Shown here piece by piece: positions 53,880 through 62,182 of a DNA stretch of 64,000 bases (its first letter is position 1; every line of letters begins with the position of its first letter). The translations under genes and the position numbers were made by a program. The DNA is taken from positions 224,001 through 288,000 of the forward strand of contig CAWBKB010000003.1 in NCBI GenBank assembly GCA_963789265.1. The letters are read 5' to 3'. The notes beneath the pieces were generated by a model. It was not told the DNA's origin, ran no database searches, and saw only the letters and a program-made list of their open reading frames with translations. Origin of the DNA: an uncultured delta proteobacterium (GTDB lineage Bacteria > Desulfobacterota > Desulfomonilia > Desulfomonilales > Desulfomonilaceae).

Positions 53880-54660
53880 TTCTGCTGATAGGTGGTACGA
53901 GCGAAACTGCTCCCCTGGCCGAGGCCCTGGCTCGAGCGGGATTTAAAGGTACTTGTCTCCACCGCGACACGAGTGCCTCTTTATGTGGGCAAGCATCCAC
54001 ACATCTCCAGCCGCTCCGGCCCACTCGATGGAGAGGCTATGGCGAGACTCGCGGCGGAACGGCGTGTGCAGGCAATAGTGGACGCCTCACACCCTTATTC
54101 GTCGGCCGCGCGTGCCAACGCAAGAAAGGTAGCCGTAGATCTCGATATCCCATACTTCAGATGGATGCGCGCGCCTGCTGCAAAGGACGATGACAGCTTG
54201 TTTCTTTGCCCGGACTCATGAGCTTGCAGCAGTGAAAGCCTGCTCATTTGGCGAGCCCGTACTCCTGACCACAGGATCGAGGAATATCACTCCGTATGCA
54301 TTGGAGGCCGGCCGCACCGGAGTGCTGCTGGTGGTTAGGGTGCTTCCGCATCCTAAGTCGATCGAAGGCTGCCGAAAAGCCGGGGTGCCGGACGAGCACA
54401 TTGTCAAAGGCCGCGGCCCGTTTTCCGTGGAAGACAACCGGGCAGTGATACACACATCTGGCATCCGAACTCTGGTAACTAAGGACAGCGGCGTAGAAGG
54501 TGGCTTCCCGGCCAAAATAGAGGCCGCGCAACGGGAAAACTGTCGCGTCATCGTTGTCCAACGTCCCGAAGAACCATCAGAGCAAACTTTCAACCATCTG
54601 ACGACTCTGGTCGATGCGGTATCGCACCGCCTTCGCGGCGGCCGTCAGTCTCGCGGTTAG
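53876..54660 (+). CDS. cbiJ: Cobalt-precorrin-6A reductase (frameshifts near 53947 and 54203)
   Basis: LLIGGTSE / VDASHPY / LTTGSR, RVLP, GPFS, TKDSG..GG spread across three frames. Confidence 0.88.
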
Positions 54661-54665
54661 CCGTT

Positions 54666-55823
54666 ATGGAATTGGCAAAACTTATACTACGGAATGTCTT
54701 TCGGCATAAGCTGCGTACCGTGTTGACCATAGTAGGCATTGCGGTTGCAATGCTGGCTTTTGGCGTACTCAGGACTTTGGTGGCCGCGTGGTACACCGGA
54801 GTGGAAGGTTCGTCGGCTAACCGGCTGGTGACTCGAAACAAAATCTCCCTGATTTATTCGCTGCCGGTGGCATATCGGTCCAAGATCCTTCAAGTGAAAG
54901 GCGTCAACGGCATCGGTTACGGCGCATGGTATGGCGGGATCTATAAAGACAAAAAGAATTTCTTTGCTCAGTTTGCAATAAGCGGCATGGATTATCTCGA
55001 CCTGTACCCAGAGTTTATCTTGCCTGATTCCGCGAAAAAGGCTTTCGAGCACGAGCGAAACGCTGCCATTGCGGGTCGCGCATTGGCTGAACGGTTCGGC
55101 TGGAAAGTCGGGGACATCATTCCTCTTCAGGGAACCATCTTCCCCGGAAACATTGAGTTGGTGCTTCGCGGTATCTACAAAGGCACCCGAAAAAATGTAG
55201 ATGAGACGGCGTTCTTTTTCCGATGGGACTACCTGAACGAGATTCTAAAGAAAACATCCCCGGATAGAGCAGACAAAACCGGATGGTACGTGATTCGAGT
55301 GAAAGACTCCGATCGCTCGGCAGAAATAGCCCAGGAAATAGATGCACTCTTTGCGAGTTCTCTCGCGGAGACAATAACCGAGACTGAGAAGGCTTTCCAG
55401 CTTGGCTTCGTGGCTATGACCAGCGCCATCGTAGGGGCTGTGCGTATTATCTCCATAGTAGTAATCGGTATCATTCTAATGGTCTTGGCAAATACCATGG
55501 CTATGACCGCACGCGAGAGGTCTTCAGAGTATGCGGTTTTCAAAACCCTGGGATTTGGTCCCTGGTTCATTTTCCTTTTAATTTCAGGCGAGTCGGTGGC
55601 CATCGCGATGCTGGGCGGAATTGCCGGGGCCGTGTTGACTTTTCCTGGAGGCCGGCTATTTAAGGCTCAAATGGGATCGTTTCTGCACGTATTCGAAATT
55701 GCCCCATCCACGCTGGGTCTGATCGTAGGAGTCTCCTTTTTCGTAGGGCTGTTGGCCGCTTTGCCCCCCGCGATTAGGGTGAGCCGAATGGGAATCGCTG
55801 AGGGCCTGAGACATATCGGCTAG
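54666..55823 (+). CDS. MacB/FtsX-family ABC transporter permease
   Basis: RNVFRHKLRTVLT, large periplasmic loop, NTMAMTARERSSEYAVFKTLGF, terminal TM helices. Confidence 0.88.
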   Translation: MELAKLILRNVFRHKLRTVLTIVGIAVAMLAFGVLRTLVAAWYTGVEGSSANRLVTRNKISLIYSLPVAYRSKILQVKGVNGIGYGAWYGGIYKDKKNFFAQFAISGMDYLDLYPEFILPDSAKKAFEHERNAAIAGRALAERFGWKVGDIIPLQGTIFPGNIELVLRGIYKGTRKNVDETAFFFRWDYLNEILKKTSPDRADKTGWYVIRVKDSDRSAEIAQEIDALFASSLAETITETEKAFQLGFVAMTSAIVGAVRIISIVVIGIILMVLANTMAMTARERSSEYAVFKTLGFGPWFIFLLISGESVAIAMLGGIAGAVLTFPGGRLFKAQMGSFLHVFEIAPSTLGLIVGVSFFVGLLAALPPAIRVSRMGIAEGLRHIG

Positions 55824-55914
55824 CCGGGTATCATTCCCATCTCGGTTTTCAAATCCCTTATCACTTCCGCGTATCCTTTCAGTTACCTGGGGTCATCGAC
55901 CTCTTCCAATCGGT

Positions 55915-56000
55915 GTCATTGCGAGCGAAGCGAAGCAATCTTATTTCTGGAAAGCGTCCAGAACTGAGATTGCCACGTCGCTTTGCTCCTCGCAACGACA
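55915..56000. repeat. REP-like palindrome, gtcattgcgag family
   Basis: gtcattgcgagcgaagcgaagcaatct...gagattgccacgtcg...ctcgcaacgaca. Confidence 0.75.
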
Positions 56001-56029
56001 TTTTCCCGTCCGTAGGTTAATGGTTACAC

Positions 56030-56075
56030 TTTCGCTATAGTTTCGCTTGACTTTCTGTTTATATTCGTATATTTT
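56030..56075 (+). promoter_or_regulatory. lexA promoter with overlapping direct repeat (candidate SOS box)
   Basis: TTTCGCT-N4-TTTCGCT abutting TTGACT-N17-TATTTT. Confidence 0.5.
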
Positions 56076-56138
56076 GAAGATTGAAGTTGTACGCTCTGCT
56101 TGCCGGTCTACGAGCAGGAGAATAGGAGTCTTCAATCT

Positions 56139-56759
56139 GTGCAGTCATTGACCAAGAAACAAAGAATGGTTCTCGATTATATACGCCTGTTCCTCTCAGA
56201 GCAGGGTCATGCGCCGAGCTACGAGGAGATAGCCCGCGGCCTCGGACTTTCGTCACCATCCACCATCCATGCGCATGTGGAAAATCTCAGACAAAAAGGC
56301 TACCTCAAGAAGCGTTGGAATGCCAATCGCTCCATAGACCTGTCGGAACCAGTAGATATGCCGCACACTACCGAAGAGCTTCCCTTGGTCGGGCGCATAG
56401 CTGCGGGCTCACCTATAGAGGCCATTGAAGATCGAGAGTCGATCGCGGTGCCGGCACATCTCGTCGGCCGGCACGACACATACGTGCTGCTGGTGAAGGG
56501 TGATTCTATGAGAGAAGATCACGTGCTCGACGGCGATTATGTGATCGTGGAAAGACGAGATACCGCTTCGGATGGGGAGATGGTGGTGGCACTCATACGG
56601 AATGGCGAGGCCACGCTCAAGAAGTTCCACCGGATTGGGCGCAAGATAAGGTTGGAACCTGCCAATCCTGCTTATGAGGCAATGATTTTTGACGAAAGCG
56701 AAGTCATGGTCCAAGGAGTAGTGATCGGGCTGTTGAGAAAGTACGACCTCAGGTCGTAG
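56139..56759 (+). CDS. lexA: SOS repressor LexA
   Basis: LTKKQ, PSYEEIA, IAAG cleavage site, VKGDSM (Ser), ATLKK (Lys); GTG start after AGGAG. Confidence 0.95.
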   Translation: MQSLTKKQRMVLDYIRLFLSEQGHAPSYEEIARGLGLSSPSTIHAHVENLRQKGYLKKRWNANRSIDLSEPVDMPHTTEELPLVGRIAAGSPIEAIEDRESIAVPAHLVGRHDTYVLLVKGDSMREDHVLDGDYVIVERRDTASDGEMVVALIRNGEATLKKFHRIGRKIRLEPANPAYEAMIFDESEVMVQGVVIGLLRKYDLRS

Positions 56760-56769
56760 CCTATGTCCT

Positions 56770-57930
56770 ATGTCCAACAATAGATTAATCCTCCACGTTG
56801 ACGCCGACGCCTTCTTTGCTTCTGTTGAGCAGGCGTTACGGCCCGAACTGAAAGGCCGCGCGGTAATAGTCGGCGGAAGCGATCGCGGCGTCGTCTCTGC
56901 GGCCTCGTATGAGGCTCGCCGCTTCGGGGTGCACTCCGCCATGCCGATGGTTCAGGCTCGGAAGTGGTGTCCTCACGCGGTGTTTCTCGATGGAAACTTC
57001 TGTGCCTACAGAGAGTTTTCTGCGCGTATGTTCGACATCATGAGGACATATTCGCCTATTGTGGAAACAACGAGCATAGACGAAGGCTACGTAGATCTTA
57101 CCGGCACCTTACGACTTCACAACGCGCCCTCCTGGGGAGTGGCGCATCGGCTGCTGTGCGAAATACGTTCAACACTGGACATAAAGGTTTCCGGCGGTCT
57201 GGCAGGGACTCGGACCTGGGCCAAGATGGCCACCGGTCTCGCAAAACCGAACGGCCTACTTTACCTGGAGCCGGACCGAGCCACGGCCGTCCTGGGAGGT
57301 CTGCCCGCTTCTTCTGTACCGGGCGTAGGCAAGAAGGCGGAAGAAATATTGAAACGTGCAGGGATTTTAACCGTCGCTGACCTGGCCTGTGCTTCGCGGG
57401 CGTCAATGTCGCGACTGCTGGGGCGCTGGGGTGAGCAACTCATTGAGATAGCGTCAGGAAACGATTGCCGCCCCGTGGTGGCGGAACGGCTTGACTCACA
57501 GAAATCGTACTCCAAAGAGCGCACTTTAGAGAAAGACAGCTCTGATTACAGGTTCATCCGATCCTTGGCCAGGAAACTGGGTGAAAAGCTCGCAGAGCGC
57601 CTACGAGCAGATGGTAAGGGCGCTTCCACCATCACATTCAAGGTCAGATTTTCGGATTTCACGGACCACAGTCAGTCCATTTCTCTGCACGAACCGACAA
57701 ATCTCACCAGTGAAATCCTCAGACTCATTGACCTGTTGATGCGGAAGGCCGTTGCACGCAACGCGAAAGTGCGTCAGGTAGGGGTAAAACTCTCCGGGAT
57801 AGGACTCCCGGTATTGCAGATGGACCTCTTTGATCCTGCGCGGCCTCTGCGCAGTCAACGGGACCGAGCCGTGGACACGATCCGTAACCGATTCGGATTT
57901 GAGTCCATTCAGGTTTCCGGACAGGTTTGA
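56770..57930 (+). CDS. dinB: DNA polymerase IV
   Basis: HVDADAFFASVE, ASYEAR, SIDEGY, KPNG. Confidence 0.94.
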   Translation: MSNNRLILHVDADAFFASVEQALRPELKGRAVIVGGSDRGVVSAASYEARRFGVHSAMPMVQARKWCPHAVFLDGNFCAYREFSARMFDIMRTYSPIVETTSIDEGYVDLTGTLRLHNAPSWGVAHRLLCEIRSTLDIKVSGGLAGTRTWAKMATGLAKPNGLLYLEPDRATAVLGGLPASSVPGVGKKAEEILKRAGILTVADLACASRASMSRLLGRWGEQLIEIASGNDCRPVVAERLDSQKSYSKERTLEKDSSDYRFIRSLARKLGEKLAERLRADGKGASTITFKVRFSDFTDHSQSISLHEPTNLTSEILRLIDLLMRKAVARNAKVRQVGVKLSGIGLPVLQMDLFDPARPLRSQRDRAVDTIRNRFGFESIQVSGQV

Positions 57931-58194
57931 CCCATTATCAAGGGAGTACCAGCCATGCCGGCTCCCATAGCTAGAAAGCTACAACGAAACACGAAAACGC
58001 GAGTAGGACTGTCCCGTGCGGAACGCGGGATTGCCTCGGACTCCGATCCAGGGTCCGCCCCTACAATTAATTCTCGCGTACTCTTCAGGCATGACGAGTT
58101 GCAGCGGCGGGTTTGAAACCCGCCCCTACCAGAGCGGATTCGCTTGCTTGAAGGCGAATCGGTATCAGCGGTTCTTGCTCGACGATATCGGATC

Positions 58195-58827
58195 TCAGCT
58201 TTCCGTCTTCTCAGATGCAGCCGCAGCTTCGGCCTCTTCTCCCGGAGCAGCCTCTTCTGCCGCCATCTTCGGGGCCGCCACAGTGGCCAGCGCTACCGTC
58301 TTGTCTTGAAGTGCCGAAACACCCGGCGGCAGGGCAATTTCAGCAATATGAACTGAATGCCCCACATCCAGTCCCGAGACGTCAACCACGATCACATTGG
58401 GAATGTTGTCAGGGAGGCAAGAAATCCGGAGTTCCCTGGTAGCCGGCTGAAAGATCCCTCCCTTATCGATGCCGACGGGCTTGCCGTCGAATTCAATCGG
58501 GACCGTCACTTCAATGGATTCATCCATGAAGACCTCGAGGAAGTCCAAATGGATGAGGCTGCCATCCAACGGGTTGGTTTGCCGTTCCTTGAGTAGAGCT
58601 CTCCTGGTAGTAATTCCGCCACCCTCACGGATCTGGAGATCGAATAGAGGATTGCTGCCTGCTTGCTCAACAGCTTTTCTAAATTCGTGAACATCGATTG
58701 CGATCTTGATAGGCTCGCTTTTCTTCCCATAGAACACTGCCGGGGCTTTACCGACAGCCCTTAGCCGGCGCGCCGGTCCCTTACCCTTTTGGGTTCGTTG
58801 ATCTACTGACAGAACTACTTTATTCAT
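58195..58827 (-). CDS. rplY: 50S ribosomal protein L25 / Ctc
   Basis: GKGPARRLR..PAVFYG, HLDF, CLPDNIP..VDVSGL. Confidence 0.95.
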   Translation of the reverse strand: MNKVVLSVDQRTQKGKGPARRLRAVGKAPAVFYGKKSEPIKIAIDVHEFRKAVEQAGSNPLFDLQIREGGGITTRRALLKERQTNPLDGSLIHLDFLEVFMDESIEVTVPIEFDGKPVGIDKGGIFQPATRELRISCLPDNIPNVIVVDVSGLDVGHSVHIAEIALPPGVSALQDKTVALATVAAPKMAAEEAAPGEEAEAAAASEKTES

Positions 58828-58897
58828 ACATTCCTCCGGCAGGAGAGCCACGGGCTTGCAGGTCTCGGCCCCGATGGCGGTCTCCTGTTTGAGATTT

Positions 58898-59843
58898 TCA
58901 AACAAACAACTCGGAAACTGAGACCTCTCTGTGGATTCTGCTGATGGCCTCCCCAAGAAGGGGAGCCACGGATTCTACTCTCAGTTTGGAGCACTTCTCG
59001 GATTTTTCCTCACTGGGAATAGTGTCGGTCACATACAGCTTCTTAATGGATGATTCCGCAATCCGATCAACCGCCTGGCCGGATAGAACCGGATGGGTGC
59101 AGCACGCATAAATGTTGCGGGAGCCTGCCTGGGCCAGGGCAGTGGCAGCCTTGACGAGAGTGCCGGCAGTATCGACCATGTCATCCAAAACGATCGCGTC
59201 TCTTCCTGTGACGTCGCCGATCACGTGCATCACCTCGGATTCATTAGGTTTCAGCGCGACGTTTGTCAATTATGGCCAAACTGGCTCCAAGACGTTTGGC
59301 AAAGGCTCTGGCTCTCTCGACGCCTCCTGCATCCGGCGAAACAATTGTGCATTCAGCGATGGGAAGGTCTGCCTTGATGGCTTCGACCATGATGGGGCTC
59401 GAGTAAAGATGATCTACCGGGATATCAAAAAAACCTTGAATTTGGCCGGCATGAAGATCCAGCGTAAGTACCCGGTCCGCGCCTGCCGCTGTGATAATGT
59501 CCGCGATGAGCTTGGCGGTAATCGGCGCACGGCTCGCCACCTTCCGATCCTGCCGGGCATACCCGTAGTACGGCATTACAGCAGTTACTCGGCTGGCAGA
59601 GGCCCTTTTGAGAGCATCAATCATCACGAGAAGTTCCATGATGTTGTCATTGACGGGCCGGCAGGTGGACTGAATGACGAATACGTCCATTCCTCTCACG
59701 TTCTCCCTGAATTCCACCTGTATCTCCCCGTCGCTGAAGGAACTGACAACGGCGGCCCCGAGCGGTATTCCCATGTATCTGGTGATTGCCGTCGCCAGAT
59801 TAGGGTTTGAATTCCCGGTGAAGATCTTTAGTCCTACCCTCAT
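58898..59843 (-). CDS. prs: Ribose-phosphate pyrophosphokinase (one frameshift near 59255)
   Basis: [31 protein letters not shown], then [13 protein letters not shown]. Confidence 0.95.
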
Positions 59844-59930
59844 TGAGCTTTCCTTCGTGGGAGTGACGAGCATCCTGTGAAATTTCACATACTATCGCTG
59901 CTGCGAGCTGATGTCAACGTGAATTAGACT

Positions 59931-61795
59931 CCATAATCCACCACCTCATTTGGCGGAGGATCTCTTGATGTCCCCTTGGACCGAAAATTTACCCTTGGTT
60001 ATGTCCCCCGCCCATGCGAACCGGACCAGGTAGCACGTCGGACCGATTCGTATGCCGAATTCCCCCTGCTCGGGCGGATTTCCGGCACACTAACCCCCCC
60101 CGGTCAGTCTATTTCCACCCGTCTGCGCCTCATTTCCCCCGTCGGCGGCGCTCTCTAGCCTGACTCGCAAAGGCTCAGAATTCTCCTCCTCATTTCAAAT
60201 AGTGTCTCGTTCGACGCATGCCCCCCAACCAGTCGAACACGCAGCATCCGAGCACGCTTGAGCACGCGTCCCGGCAGCTTGATCAACCAGAACCTTATGG
60301 CCTTCATGCGCTTGCCCACCCATGTTTCTCCCAGAACCAGGCGCTTCATCGCCGAGTTCAGGTTCAAAGCCAAGATCATGATGTGCCACCATGCTGCGTT
60401 TACCCCGAAATACCCTGAAGGAAGTCTGCCCCCTGCAAGATCTTCCTTCATAACCGAATGCGCCTCTTCAGATTTACCGCAGCGCTCTCTGTACCACCAA
60501 ATCAGCTCGTCCCCAGGAATGTCACGATTCGTGACAATCCCGAACACCTTGTACTTCATCGACCCAAAATGCATGGTAGGAAACGGCAATGAAACTTGCC
60601 CATCCATCTCCGGAAGTTCCGGCTGCTCCAAAACCTCGCGAATAGCCAGGTACCGGAAACATGGACCATCTTTCTTGCGTGCGAGCTCATCGGGAACGAA
60701 ACAGACCTCCGCGTACCTCTTGACCCCTTGTAACCAAGCCATTCTCAGTCTTGCGATACAAACTATGCCAATCCGACTCCTCAACCTCGCGAACAGCCTG
60801 CCTGAACGATTCGGTTACCTTGGCCCCTATGGCAAACTCGATGACACCGAAACGCAGCTTCTTCGGCTCCGCACAGAACCTCATCAGCTCATGCTGATAT
60901 CCTGCCGTATCCGACCGCAGATATACCTTCGACACCCCCGCAGGCAGGAACCCCAAGGCCTCTTCAAAGACGCGAAGATTGTCCTTACCGGCCCAGACGT
61001 TGCCGTCTCGGAACTCCGAGTGCACAATGAGATCCTGTTCCGCCCAGTACACCTGCAAAGGCTGATACGCCTTGTGCCCCTTGTAGCAGTAGAGAGCCTC
61101 TCGCTTGTTCGTCTCCACCACCGTCGCATCGAGATCCAGAGTCGCTACCTCCTGAGGAGACCGCTTCTGCACCGAGCCCAGAAAATCCTCGTTCACCTGC
61201 ATCATCGCTCGCAAACGGGGGGTCGGCATCGGTATGAAAGAAGTGCCCGCCTCCCTGAGCTTCTCCTGCTCGGGATCGTGAAACTGATACAGATACCGGC
61301 TGGCCGAAGAAGGAGACGGCACCGACCTCTTCTGCCCCTTGCGCAGCCTCTTGCTCAGGACTCGTCTCTCCTGTCGCGGTTTTCCAAACCCCATTGACTC
61401 CCGAAGTACCCGACAAAATCCCTCGTCTCCTTCCAGTATCTCCAGGTCGCTGATCCCTTGACCGTCCGCCAGATTCAGAAGTATCAGAGCCATTACTGTC
61501 TCGGAGTCAGACCACCCCTGGGCACCTGATCGCACCTTGAGCCGATTCTCTATGGCCCTGCTCAACCCCATCACATACCCGAATTCCAGGTATGTCGGCA
61601 ATCCGGCCAACGCCGTCATCCCCCCAGGCTTCTTCTCAACCTCATACTGGAAAGGGAAAATGCCTTGTGCCATAATCACTTCACCTCGTTGGTGATAGAT
61701 CCTTGTTGCAAACCGGATTCTATCCTCTTGATTCCTCAAGAACAACGAGGTTTTTCACTTTTTTTGATGCGCAATCAAGGGACTTTTGCTGCATG
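59931..61795 (-). mobile_element. IS1380-family insertion sequence (ends approximate)
   Basis: Single DDE transposase with noncoding flanks; convincing TIRs not found. Confidence 0.75.
60155..61673 (-). CDS. IS1380-family transposase (one frameshift near 60715)
   Basis: MTALAGL, TLDLDAT, GHKAYQPL, FRDGN, LRSDTAGY, YRERCGKSEE..MKED, NAAWW. Confidence 0.85.
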
Positions 61796-61924
61796 CATTC
61801 AGTTACAGCCGGAATTTGCCGGTGGCTTCGTGGGGTGGGCTTTCTAGCCCGCCATTGAACCGGGGTTTCCTCGGCAGGCAGTCCCGCGCCTCGCGGAACT
61901 GCCCCACAAGACAGAATGGTTACC
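61796..61924 (-). repeat. Inverted copy of the 37690-37814 element, abutting the IS
   Basis: cattcagttacagccggaatttgc...gtggggtgggctttctagcccgcc...gaatggttacc. Confidence 0.75.
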
Positions 61925-62182
61925 TTTTGCTCTAATCATTCACTCACGAGTTGGTCATGTCTATACAACCTTCTCCAACCCAACGCGGGCACAATTTTCC
62001 CGAAGGTCAAAGCAGCCGTCCCCCTCTTCCCCACTCCTCTTCCCAAGTAAATGCTTGCCTTTGAATACGGAAACCGTTGCCGGCCGGCAAGTACGGCCAC
62101 GATGTACATGCGGACAATTTACGTGATATGATTGTCACAAGAATGACCCAAAAGGGCAGGCTGTCGCTCTAAAGGAGATCAA

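Noticed and set aside
38280..54660. cob operon as a decaying pseudogene cluster, or programmed frameshifting
   Set aside because: The same indel pattern affects normally essential genes, there are no consistent slippery sites, and motifs are intact; sequencing error is more likely.
60258..61397. 379-aa plus-strand ORF
   Set aside because: Antisense shadow of the IS1380 transposase.
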